From: Octopus sinensis
Lineage: Eukaryota
Reading direction: 5' to 3'
NCBI RefSeq assembly: GCF_006345805.1
Contig: NC_042999.1
Coordinates: forward strand, 22,258,001-22,322,000
Length of the DNA: 64,000 nt
Positions 40,231-52,907 of this stretch are shown in pieces. Made by a program: the position numbers and the translations under genes. Each line of letters begins with the position of its first letter. Within the stretch, counting starts at the first letter, position 1. Below the pieces are notes generated by a model. That model was not told the DNA's origin. It was given only the letters and a program-made list of their open reading frames with translations, and made no database searches.

Positions 40231-41014
40231 AGGCGGCGAGCTGGTAGAAACGTTAGCACGCCGGGTGAAATGCTTAGTGGTATTTCATCTGCCGTTACGT
40301 TCCGAGTTCAAATTCCGCCGAGGTCTACTTTGCCTTTCATCCTTTCGGGGTCGATAAATTAAGTACCAGTTACGCACTGGGGTCGATGTAATCGACTTAA
40401 TACCTTTGTCTGTCCTTGTTTGTCCCCTCTAATGTTTAGCCCCTTGTGGGTAATAAAGAAATAGGTATTTCGTCTGCCGTTACGTTCTGAGTTCAAATTC
40501 CGCCGAGGTCGACTTTGCCTTTCATCCTTTCGGGGTCGATGAATTAAGTACCAGTTACGCACTGGGGTCGTTGTAATCGACTTAATACCTTTGTCTGTCC
40601 TTGTTTGTCCCCTCTATGTTTAGCCCCTTGTGGGTAATAAAGAAATAGGTATTTCGTCTGCCGTTACGTTCTGAGTTCAAATTCCGCCGAGGTCTACTTT
40701 GCCTTTCATCCTTTCGGGGTCGATAAATTAAGTACCAGTTACGCACTGGGGTCGATGTAATCGACTTAATACCTTTGTCTGTCCTTGTTTGTCCCCTCTA
40801 TGTTTAGCCCCTTGTGGGTAATAAAGAAATAGGTATTTCGTCTGCCGTTACGTTCTGAGTTCAAATTCCGCCGAGGTCGACTTTGCCTTTCATCCTTTCG
40901 GGGTCGATGAATTAAGTGCCAGTTACGCACTAGGGTCGATGTAATTGACTTAATCCTTTTGTCTGTCTTTGTTTGTCCCTTCTGTGTTTAACTCCTTGAG
41001 GGTAGTAAAGAAAT
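40231..41014 (+). repeat. SINE family B head plus four tandem 184-185-bp units
   Basis: Units start at 40280, 40465, 40649 and 40833. Each keeps the B box GAGTTCAAATTCC. Confidence 0.95.
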
Positions 41015-41571
41015 ATATATATGGTTCTGTGCACTGTGACGCTAAGAAGCTGAATTCAAACTTAAACACATATCATTGGAACAATGAATTCGAAATTCTA
41101 CAAGAGCTTACTGAACGTGGATGCCTCATGGACGCAAGGTTGAAATGGACGAGGGTTAAATGGTAGTGAGAACCACCAATATAGGAACACTATTCTCAGT
41201 ACATCAGTTCATAGTAGATATACTTATTTAAGTAAAGCATTTCTTTGTATGCCACCAAAGTACAGTTAAATCGTTACTAAATATAGCAAATATAGATTTC
41301 GTCAACACAAACATCATGGCACGTTGGAAGGAGGTGAGTGGCTGTTGACAAGTTAGAGATGTTGATATTCACATATATGTCTGGCGGGGTTGTGTATGCG
41401 TATATATGCCGGTATGTATGCATATATGTATGTATTTATGTATGTATGTATGTATGTATGTATGTATGTGTCTATCATTCTCTATCTATACATCTGTATG
41501 TGTGTATTTGTATATGTGTGTGTGTGTGTATTTGTATATATCTATATTTATATATACATATGTATATATAC

Positions 41572-41612
<41 letters not shown>

Positions 41613-41630
41613 TATATAATATATATATAC

Positions 41631-41696
<66 letters not shown>

Positions 41697-41716
41697 TATT
41701 ATATACATGTATATAT

Positions 41717-41800
<84 letters not shown>

Positions 41801-42343
41801 AATATATAAATCCTTAAATCCTTAAAAATGTTTTAGCCCGAAGGCCGTGGCCATGCTGGGGCGCCACCGCTTAATGAGCTACACTAGTTTATATATATAT
41901 AAATATATATATACATATATATATATATGTATATATAAATATACATATAGGTATATATATATATGTATATATATATAAATATACATATAGGTATATGTAT
42001 ATATGTATATATATATATAAATATATATATACATATATTTTATATGTGTGTGTGTATACAACTATATATATATATCTACAAATATATATATAGATAGATA
42101 TATGTGTATGTATATATATATATATATTATGTGAAATAGAAAGATGAATAATCTTGTAGTAGATTAATCAAAAGTTTAACCGATACCTTAGTAGCAAAAA
42201 TCACAGCAGTAAACAGCACGGTTGGAGGTACAACCATCTGGCGTTGCAACCGTGCGTTGGTGCGGATAATTGAAATTAAAACATTATTGGTGAATTGAAG
42301 AAATGGAGCTGAACGCAGATTAAACAGAAATCGTTTTATTTCA

Positions 42344-42423
42344 TTCTACACGTGTTTCGAAAGGCACAAATTACCAAAATCCGATTGAATAATGGGACCA
42401 TATTGTGTCTTTCTCTTCAGGAA
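42344..42423 (-). ncRNA. Minimal type-I hammerhead ribozyme (inverted twin of 44422-44501)
   Basis: Reverse complement of the right-arm motif, with the same core and stems. Confidence 0.8.
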
Positions 42424-43073
42424 GAAAAAAGGAAATCCGTTGGAAAAACAAAAACAGAACAGAGGCGGAGCAAAAACAAATCGAACTATGCTCCTAAGAG
42501 CCCATGGCGAAACTGTTTATCAGTGTATGTTGAGAACCGGTGGCTGAAGAATTCAACGGGTCAGGCATCGGTCAATCATGTGGGTGAGGGTGTATAGATG
42601 TTCTTTGTGACCGAGAATAAAGTTCTGACTATTTAAGGAATATTGGATGTTTTATAAGGGGCGAGAAAAAATCTACTTAGAGACGTGTGTGTGTGTATAC
42701 TGTTCTATATATGTGTGTGTTGGCGTAGGGGTAGAAAACATTTTTGTGTACGTGTGTGCGTTTGATCGTTCGGCTGTCAGTGGCTACTGCCGTGAGAACC
42801 GTTGGGTGGCAGAAAGAAAAATATATATATATATATTATGTTTTATGTGTGTGTGTGTTCATCTAAGCCTGCCTTGTCAAGGAAACCCCCCGCTTTGAAA
42901 AAACCAAGCCCCGTTTGTCTTACAGGAGTAATTCCCCTTGCAGTGGTTAATCGTAGATATCTTAAAGGCTATTTCAGAATTTGTTACCAAGGGCTATGGG
43001 TGCCGGTATTATTTATAAACGCTATTTAAAAGCCAGATAAGTGTAGTAGTAATAATATAGTAGTAATAATGAT

Positions 43074-43822
43074 ATGAATAATTATAGTAGTAATAATGAT
43101 ATGAGAGCCAGTACAGTGACACATAATCTCAGCTCCAGCCAGGGAGTACCCACTAGGGGTATAGTTATAAATAGGGGTGTTGTGGTTGACGGTAACAATG
43201 GGAGTAGGGTAGAGAGCCCCAATAGCATCCCCAGCATCATTTCCCGCAATAGCAGCACCACGGGCAGTAGCAATGACAGCACTCTGATAGATAGTGGAGA
43301 ATCAGGGGTTATTCCTATAGTTAATAATGACGTAGTGGAAAATAGAGTAGTAAGCGGCTGCAGGTCTCGGAACGAATATAGTGACAGGAACGCAGTTCTA
43401 ATTTCAGAAACTAATCCTAGCAGAATAAGATTCACGTCGGCGAACTCCAAGATCAAAAACGCCGTCTACCAATGCAAGGTTTACACGGACTCAGATGTCT
43501 TCACTTATGTAGGGGCATCATCCTCAAGATTGTCTTTGCGTGTCTCCAACCATTACGCACTTTTCGGGACATGAACAAGCGCCAGACCACGGGACTCAGT
43601 AAGCTAATATGGCGACTGAAGGATACGAACATAAGCTATAGGCTGGAATGGTCAATTTTGTCGGTGGCCCTCCCATTTGATAGGGGCAGAAGACAGTGCA
43701 ACCTTTGTGTCTCCGAACTCTTCCATATTTTGTTTGCCAGAGGCCGGATGGTAAACGGGCTCTTACAGTCGGCTTTTCGATGCCCCCATTGGCGGCGTTA
43801 CACTTATCTGGCTTTTAAATAG
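43074..43822 (+). pseudogene. PLE-type GIY-YIG endonuclease, one frameshift near 43557
   Basis: Joining ORFs 43074..43574 and 43472..43822 gives NAVYQCKV..TYVGASSSRLSLRVSNHY/TFRDMNKRQTTGLSKLIWRLKD..YRLEWSIL..CNLCVSE..MVN. This carries the GIY (AVY), YIG (YVG), R, H, E and N residues typical of PLE endonucleases. The N-terminal ~125 aa are N/S-rich and low complexity. Confidence 0.85.
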
Positions 43823-44421
43823 CGTTTATAAATAATACCGGCACCCATAGCCCTTGATAACAAATTCTGAAATAGCCTTTAAGATATCTACGATTAACCA
43901 CTGCAAGGGGAATTACTCCTGTAAGACAAACGGGGCTTGGTTTTTTCAAAGCGGGGGGTTTCCTTGACAAGGCAGGCTTAGATGAACACACACACACATA
44001 AAACATAATATATATATATATATTTTTTCTTTCTGCCACCCAACGGTTCTCACGGCAGTAGCCACTGACAGCCGAACGATCAAACGCACACACGTACACA
44101 AAAAATGTTTTCTACCCCTACGCCAACACACACATATATAGAACAGTATACACACACACACGTCTCTAAGTAGATTTTTTCTCGCCCCTTATAAAACATC
44201 CAATATTCCTTAAATAGTCAGAACTTTATTCTCGGTCACAAAGAACATCTATACACCCTCACCCACATGATTGACCGATGCCTGACCCGTTGAATTCTTC
44301 AGCCACCGGTTCTCAACATACACTGATAAACAGTTTCGCCATGGCTCTTAGGAGCATAGTTCGATTTGTTTTTGCTCCGCCTCTGTTCTGTTTTTGTTTT
44401 TCCAACGGATTTCCTTTTTTC

Positions 44422-44501
44422 TTCCTGAAGAGAAAGACACAATATGGTCCCATTATTCAATCGGATTTTGGTAATTTGTGCCTTTCGAAACACGTGTAGA
44501 A
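44422..44501 (+). ncRNA. Minimal type-I hammerhead ribozyme in PLE pseudo-LTR
   Basis: TTC-CTGAAGA-[GAAAGACACAA...TTGTGCCTTTC stem II]-GAAA-CACGTG-TA-GAA. Intact core, palindromic helix III, predicted GUA cleavage after 44498. Confidence 0.8.
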
Positions 44502-44574
44502 TGAAATAAAACGATTTCTGTTCAATCTGCGTTCAGCTCCATTTCTTCAATTCACCAATAATGTTTTATATATA

Positions 44575-44609
<35 letters not shown>

Positions 44610-44610
44610 G

Positions 44611-44714
<104 letters not shown>

Positions 44715-45314
44715 TATGTATATACATATATATGTATATACATACATACACACACACATATAGCTCTTTAACAGTGTAGCTCTAACGTCATCATAACTGA
44801 ATGGTTGGAATCCTTAATATTTATGTTATAAAATAAAAGAAAAGAATATGGGTATAGCCATATACATAAGTGCATATATATTTGTCTATGTTTGAATGTG
44901 TTGTGCGTTTCTATGTCTACGCGTCCATGCGTATACATATATACACATCTGTATCCTTCGAAATGTATAAACACGCACATTATATTATTATTATTACTAT
45001 TATTATTCTTGCTGTTGTTATGATCATCATCATCAGCAGCAGCAACAGTATTATAAAAATCCAGGTAAGTTTGTTTGGTTGCCGCTAGATAAGTTTTATT
45101 TAACTACGGTTCATAAGAAACTGACGCAGTTATAATGTTGACAGTGATTAACGATATGAGATGAGAATATTCACAAAAATAATGAACCAGTTTTTTGGCA
45201 AAGAAACACTTGCTTAGAGTAGCTATAATCGTTAAGTAGTGTTTAGCGACAGATGATATGAAGAAAATAAAACAGGTGCTAACCCTTTGCGACCGCAATA
45301 TGTATGTGCGTACG

Positions 45315-45364
<50 letters not shown>

Positions 45365-45619
45365 TATATATTAATAAATAAAACATATGCATATATATAA
45401 ACATATATGTACGTACCTACCTCTACATGTACATATACACGCATATATGAGTACAGGACACCAAAGGGACGTCGAGCACAATGAGAAACGAAAACATAGA
45501 CACAAACCAAAGGAACTGGACATTTTTAAAAAAAACAACGAAAAAATAGAGTACAGGACAATTAACACAAAGAAAGAAAACCCTTCTTCAGTCGCTATGG
45601 TTTCATATATATATATATA

Positions 45620-46129
45620 TCTATATATATAAAACTCTAGTTGTGTGAGTGTCTGTCCCCTTCGATTTAGATTCCTAACTCCTCCCACATTTTGCGGTGC
45701 AGTTTAACCAAATTCGGGTATCATATAGTTGTGATGCATATCGAGCCCGTCTGGCTATTAGCGCGCGTCAACGATGAGTCTACGATTTAAAAAATAATTT
45801 AACATAATTTTTTATTCCATTTTAATGCATAATTTTTCGTGTGTTGATGGCGGCGGAGTTGGCGTCCACGCTCACAGCTGCACCTGTTTGCTTCTCCCCC
45901 TTCCCTCCCTCGTGAAGCTGTGGGGAAGGGAGTGTAAGGAAATCAACGTCGTAAAGCGTTGTCAAGGAGACCAGCGTTCTTTTAGAACAACGACTTCATG
46001 GCTTGAAGACACCGAAACAGAAATGGCTAAGAAAGCCCGAATTGGCATCTATAAGGGAAGTAACTCTCTAAAAATGCTTATATAGTTATTTCCCTTACAA
46101 ACCCGAGCAACGCCGGGCGATACTGCTAG
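45620..46129 (+). mobile_element. Non-autonomous Helitron (~510 bp)
   Basis: 5' TC(TATATATATAAAA), 3' hairpin CCCGAGCAACGCCGGG just upstream of CTAG, inserted between A and T, no TSD. Confidence 0.85.
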
Positions 46130-46277
46130 TATATATATATATATATATATATAAGGATAGAAATAATTTTCTTTTGCCCTTGTTTATGATTTTAACCTTT
46201 AAAGGTATTTTAATATGCTGCCACTTTTTTTGATGAATTTTTTTCTGTAAAAAACTTCATCCTATATTAGTAGTATT

Positions 46278-46314
<37 letters not shown>

Positions 46315-46366
46315 TCAAATATAGAAAAATTTAAAACAGAGAGTTACTTGCATATAAATGTGTAAA

Positions 46367-46629
46367 CATGTGACATTATTGACCGAGGTTACCTTGGTTT
46401 TTCCCGTAGGCTTTTCTTTCCACGGATAAACCTTATCTGCTTTCCCCTTTTCACTTTACATGATGACACTTCTGTGATACAGGATCCCTATTGATCGCTT
46501 TTTTTCTTTTCCTTTTACGATCCCTTTTGATCGAAAACCTACCCCACTTTTTTTTTCTTCTCAGAAAGAAAAGCTCTACTTTGTAATTTGTCCCGTCTAT
46601 GTTCAGCCCTGTGTGGCTAATAAAGAAAC
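46367..46629 (+). mobile_element. Unclassified retroposon 3' region sharing the SINE B tail
   Basis: Homologous copy on the minus strand at 49027-49332. Both end TTTGTCCC.TCT.TGTT.AGCCCTG..TGG..AATAAAGAAA. Confidence 0.65.
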
Positions 46630-46714
<85 letters not shown>

Positions 46715-47392
46715 TTCATATATGTATGTGTGTGTAGAAATAGACAGGCAGGCAGATACACATACTCGCACTCGCACACACACACGCATATATACAATGA
46801 GAGAGACAAACACACGCACACACATACACAATATATATATATGTGTGTGTGTGTGTTGTGTGTGTGTGTGTGTATGTGTGTGTTTATTTATTTAATGGTT
46901 ATTAATGATATAGGTGCCAACTATCAAATAAGGGAATCATCGAGAATAAATAGTTGTTTATATATTTAGTGGTTTGTGTCAAACTGACAAATGTTTCGGT
47001 CTTCCGCTCTTGTTCAAATAATGCTAGGCAGGAATTATTTAATAATTTCGTTGGTTTTCTCTCGATTCCTTATCTGCCAACGTCTTAAGAAAAAGAAAAA
47101 GAACATGTCCCATGAATTTCCTCCCCACCGTAAATATTTCCATCTTTAATGAAATGTCTCACTTCATAGAATGTCTAATTAATAAATCACAGGATATGTC
47201 ATGCTGACGATTTCTGAAAACGACGAAATAGTCCCGTACATAATTGCCAGCGACGGTCAGTTTTGAGGACATTGCATTATTAAGTAAACAATTTCGTGAA
47301 TTCAATGCATTTTTTTTTCTCATAATATATTAACTTCTAGAAATATTAATATTTCTAAGTCTCTCTAAAGGAGACTACGGCAGTGGTACTGG

Positions 47393-47757
47393 ATATTAAT
47401 TGTTATCGCCAAGCTAACATGGCAGTCCAGAAATATAGGACGAATGCTGCCGTTGATTAGCTCAAAGAAGCCATCGCCTCTAGCTAGCTATGTGACACAC
47501 GAACCTGTGTCCATTATAAACTTCGAACAGGCTGCTCAGCATTGATAAAGGGCAAATATCCTGAAACTAGTCTGTGAATGCCTGGCTATCAAGGGGAAGC
47601 GGCTGATCTCCCCTGTTCGAAGGTTATAATGGACACAGGTTCGTGTGTCGTGTGTCACATAGCTAGCTAGAGGCGATGGCCTTTTGGAGCTAATCAACGG
47701 CAGCATTCGTCCTATTTATCTGGACTGCCATATTAGCTTGGCGATAACTATTAATAT
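47393..47757. repeat. Fold-back, ~140-bp arms, degenerate hammerhead in loop
   Basis: Arms 47393-47531 and 47612-47757. The loop contains GCA-TTGATAA-AGG..CCT-GAAA-CTAG-TC-TGT (47539-47575). Confidence 0.88.
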
Positions 47758-47956
47758 TAACTTCTATTTTAAATATATTATCCTACGACATATTAGGATG
47801 ATATTATTATCTCCCTTGTAAAAGCTTGGACAGTTAGGTGAGGGGAAACGTATTTGACAACAGAAATACATCTCTGGTAAATGCGGGGAAATACAAAGCC
47901 CAAAGAGATGCAATAAGTGTTGCTAAATTATAAATAAGGAAATTAATTTTAATGTA

Positions 47957-48521
47957 TTGAGTTGTCCGGAAAGTTACTGCCGATTTATAGTAGCGTACCT
48001 TTCGACTTATTTTAGAACATGGTTGAGTCCATAAAATAAGATTTGACTACACCTCCATTTAGAGCACAGTTCAAGCTATCTTTTCGTGGAAAATTATTTA
48101 TGTTCCTATAACTTGTGTTAATTCTGTAACCCTTTAAAATGGAAGATAAGAAAGTTCATTTTCAGCGATTGATGATTTGGGAACCAGATAAAAATTGCTG
48201 CAGCTCGGCTGGGATGTGTTACCCCACCCTCCATATTCACCAGAAATTTCTCCTTCGGATTTCCACTTATTCAGGTCTCTGCAGAATAATCTTAATGGTA
48301 AAAATTTCAATTCCTTGGATGACGTAAAAAGATACGTTGATGCATTCTTTGCCATGAAACCACCTCAATTCTGGAAAGAGGGTATTTTCAAGTTAAAGGA
48401 AAAATGGAGACGCATTGTGCAACAAAATGGTTCATATTTGGTTGATTTAAAATGTAATGGCAAGTATTTATTGAGTTTTTCCTTTCCTTTAAAAATCGGC
48501 ACAAACTTTCTGGACAACCAA
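47957..48521 (+). mobile_element. Mariner element, internally deleted
   Basis: ~30-bp TIRs with TA flanks. N-terminus MEDKKVHF fused to C-terminus LPHPPYSPEISPSDFHLFRSLQNNL..WRRIVQQNGSY. Confidence 0.92.
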
Positions 48522-49419
48522 TAGATGTCTTGATTTTGTTAGTGAGCGTGTAGGTGGAGAGAGAGAGAGAGCAAAAGTCAAAAAGCAACTATTTAAAATT
48601 AAGATTTACAAGCTGATAAAACTAAATAGAAGTTTTTATATTTGGCTAACTCAAGCCCGTGCTTTTGACATAACTATTAAACAATCTTCTTAATTAGTCT
48701 TCAACGAGTTTTTAGTAATTTTTCTGTCGTTTATAACACAGATATTCGTTCTTATTTTCTATTTATTTTTGCTTCTTTTTGATATATTTTATTTATCAAC
48801 ACATTTTATGCTGGAAATACGCAAGAGTTACACATGCACCTTGGGTGTCGTGTGGAATTTGAAGCGTTGGTGTAGAAATTGTCTGAATTCTAAAATTTAC
48901 TGTTAATGTCACGTGATTGTACAAAATCTGTACTTGGTTTGGTAATACAGCTTTGATATGTAATAGCATTGTAGTATGTCTACATTAAGTGCTTGCCGTT
49001 ATATCGAAGTGTGTGTAAATAGATAGATTTCTTTATTGGCCATGCAGGGCTAAACACAGAAGGGACAAAATACAAAGTAGAGCTTTTCTTTTGGGGAAGA
49101 AGAGGAGGAAAAGCAAGAAAAAAGAAAAAAAGGGGGTAATTCCGATCAAAAGGGATCGCGAAAAAGAGTGGGGAATTCCGATCAAAAGGGATCGTGAAAA
49201 AAAAAACAGGGCCGATCAATAGGGATCGTGTATCACAGAAATTTCAATGTAAAAGGGAAGACAGATTAGGTTTGTCCTTGGATAGAAAAGCCTACGGAAA
49301 AGACCACGGAAACCTTGGGCAATAGTGTCATGCAAAAAGAAAACACATTACAGCAAGTGGGTCTCTTTTTTCCTTTCGTTTTTTTTTTTCCTTTTGGTTC
49401 ATAGGATTATGCTCAAGCT

Positions 49420-49657
<238 letters not shown>

Positions 49658-49716
49658 TGCTGACGTTATAACTTACATAGTTTCGAAAGGACATGAAATA
49701 ATATAATACATACATA

Positions 49717-49767
<51 letters not shown>

Positions 49768-51470
49768 CACAAATAGAAACAAAACACAAACGCAAAGAAA
49801 TAACTAATTGATCTCACATACACATTCACATGAGCGCATACATTATGCATTTAAATATATACGAATTTGACACAATTATACAGGAGTCTTCTGGAACAAC
49901 ATCGCAATAATATATAAGAAAACGGAAACGCATACGATTTAATCAACAAAGAACCGAGAAAACTAGTCTTCTTCGTTAACATAGACGATAAAGAGTGTAG
50001 TAATTTTCCAATTCTGTATTACATTAAAAGACGCCAAGATTAACACCTGAGATAAGATCAGTAAAATGTAAATTAGACTCGATCAATAATAGTATTATAC
50101 ACACAATCAACTTTCCATTCTGGGTCTATAGCATTTCGGTTATTGACATACACATCAAACATAACTGCAAATTTACACGGCATATCAACGTGTGATTTTA
50201 GCCGTCAAAAAGGGCAAAGGTAAATCCTTCGGGACACCTTGGTTTTTGACAGCAGATTTTCTGTTGTTAACGATACAAACACCGGTATGATCATTTATTC
50301 TAGAAAGTCATTATTACTCTTCCCGGATCAAAAGTTGTGGTGTCGAACTATTCGGTCACCGCAATGTTTTTCTTGCGCAATATCGTTGGTATTTTTTTTA
50401 TCTTTTACTTATTTCAGCCAAGCTGGGCACCGTTTTGAAGGGTTTAGTCGAATAAATCGATCCCAATACATTTTTCCAAACGTGGTGCTTATTCTATCGC
50501 CCTCTTTTTGCTGAACCACTTAGTTACGGGTGCAGCTAATAAACTAAAAAAAAACAACAAACCAACACCGGTTGTTAAGTGTAGGAGATAAAAACACACA
50601 AACACACACACACGTATATATATATATATATTATATATATATATATATATATACATACATACATACATACATACATACATACATACATACATACATACAT
50701 ACATACATACATTTATATACGATAGGCATTTTTGGGGTTTTCGTCAAAAAATCCATTCACAAGGCTTTGATTGGTCGAGGTTATAGTAGAAGACATTTAC
50801 CCAAAATACCACATGGTAGGACTGACCTTGGAACTATGTGGCTTGGAAGAAAACTTATTACCACACAACCAACCCTGAGCCTAAAAGGGGTGAACTGCCG
50901 TGAGCAAGATTCGAACCACGGTTACCACGGCCATAAAGCGGGGTTAATTTAATTTACCAAAATTATTCGCCTTAGATTTACTCCGTACAAAATTTGAAAC
51001 ATTAGTAGTAAGGTTTTATATGAAGTTGAACTAACCATGTCCCCTAATAAATGTGACTGCTATTCTTTTTTTCTTTTATTCTTTTATTTGTTTCAGTCAT
51101 TTAACTGCGGCCATGCTGGAGCACCGCCTTTCTAAGATGTCCTTTAGTTTTGAGCAACTTAAACTGAGAATCCCTGTCAGTCCAAACATTATTTATTTGA
51201 TTATTCTTTTATTCATTTAATTCTTTTTATTCCTTTGACTGCAGCTACGCTGGAGCGCCGCCTTGGACGATTTTAGTCGAATGTATCGATCCCAGGACTT
51301 ATGTCCTAGTACTTAATCCATCGGATCTCTTTTGCCGAAACGCTGAGTTACGGTTGACAAGCGGTGGTGAGGGATAGACACAATCACACAAGTACATACA
51401 TACATATATATATACTTTTTCAAAATGTAACCATATGTGGAACGTTGGCGATTTTTTCCTCCGTCTCCTG

Positions 51471-51503
51471 TTTCTGACGAAGAGCTATGCTCGAAACGTA
51501 AAA
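51471..51503 (+). ncRNA. Minimal hammerhead motif in PLE pseudo-LTR remnant
   Basis: TTT-CTGACGA-A-GAGC-TAT-GCTC-GAAA-CG-TA-AAA. Family copies at 16552-16584 and 34423-34455 have CCGA in place of CTGA. Confidence 0.65.
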
Positions 51504-51704
51504 CCACCATTCTTTCCTTCCCTGAGCGTCTGCTAATACTTTGCATGTACCACGTCTTACCATACAATCACAACTTACCATACAATCACAACTTCTTAAC
51601 TAATAGTTAAACTTAAGCTCTGATAACTACTATCCTAACAAAAAGTTTATAATTCATTTGGAAACGTCCCAACCACCTGCCTGCCATTTTAAAAGATCCA
51701 CATG

Positions 51705-52052
51705 TGACATGAAAGGCTTCCCCCGTGCTCGAAAGACTATGGATCTGTACCTGAAGAATTTTGTGTCAGCTGCTGACGGCGGTGAAGTTTCTGATATGGT
51801 TGCACCGGCCTTCATGGGAGTAGCAGTCATGAACGCAGTGACTGCATTTGAACAAGCTTTCTTGGGCGTCTTTTAGTTTTCCTTTCTTCGAGCGCGCTTT
51901 TCTTCGGTGGCAAATCTCAGTTTCTCTTCTCTTCACTCCATTCCGTTACATCATATTTGTTTCCAGCATAGGCGATCATTTGTGACCTCCTCCCATCTCA
52001 AGAACGTCCAGATTTACTCACTTCATATCTCTCTTGCAGATATCCTTGAAAC
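51705..52052 (-). mobile_element. RTE LINE 3' fragment
   Basis: Minus-strand FKDICKRDMK, C2H2-like FKCSHCVHDCYSHEGRCNH, and RTE-like 3' end CCATAGTCTTTCGAG. Confidence 0.7.
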
Positions 52053-52514
52053 TTTATAATACATGTTTCAACAATCCGCCTGCTATTTTCAAACATTTAC
52101 ATAACTACATTAGTAAGCGAAGTTTAGATACACCGGCAGCCGGATCATCAGCTGAATATTACAACAATGCATTGCATAGAGGTAGCTTGAATAAAGGAAC
52201 TCATCGTGTATCGAAACAGATCAATGCAACCATTCAGCAACCAAAGAAAAGGTTCACACAGAGTAACCCATCATGTAGTTTAAATACCAGTTCGAACAAC
52301 ACAAGATTATTCCTGCATTTATGAAATAACATTTCTACCCAACCATAACTTCTTCAAAATCTACTAGAAAGAATTTAAAGAGAAGTTACAGTTGTTCTCA
52401 TAAATCTGCAGCCTCCACCGTTAAAAAAACTTTCAGAAAAACATAACCGGTTGGTAACTAATTTCCACCAAAATTGGGCGAAATTTTTTAAACGATAAGC
52501 AACAGCAGCACTAC

Positions 52515-52561
<47 letters not shown>

Positions 52562-52636
52562 CAGCAGCAGCAGCAGCAGTAGTCGTAGTAGTAGTAGTAG
52601 TAGTAGTAGTAGAATACTGTTAATAGTAATTTATAT

Positions 52637-52907
52637 CAGTGCTACTCAAAGTGATGATCCGCAAGCCATCAGCTGTCGGTACGCGGCGAGTTTCTGGAAA
52701 AGAAAGAAATCTTATAAATGCTTACGTAATATTGTATTATTTGTTTACAAAAGAAATATAGGATAACAAAAATTGTCAACTTCTATTATGTCCATTATAT
52801 GTATTGTTTCCGGTACAAATTAATATTTAAGAAATATTACCGGTCCCTGACACATTGTCGAAAAAAGAATTGCCGGTACGCCACATCAGATAGTTTGAGA
52901 GACTCTG
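52637..52907. mobile_element. hAT (Charlie-like) MITE
   Basis: TIRs CAGTGCTACTCAAAGT / TAGTTTGAGAGACTCTG. 8-bp flanks ATTTATAT and ATCTATAT (7/8 match) fit a Charlie-type TSD. Confidence 0.75.

Larger units (their letters stand above)
42131..44568 (+). mobile_element. Penelope-like retroelement, 5'-truncated, with inverted pseudo-LTRs flanking a GIY-YIG ORF
   Basis: Inverted repeats 42277-43045 and 43799-44568 (~770 bp, only a handful of differences by eye). The left arm extends a further ~146 nt (42131-42276). The spacer holds a GIY-YIG ORF, each arm holds a hammerhead motif, and (TA)n flanks both sides. Confidence 0.88.

Noticed and set aside
40231-41014. Regular array that could be taken for CRISPR
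   Set aside because: Units are 184 bp with no unique spacers and match a dispersed SINE. The context is eukaryotic and there are no cas genes.
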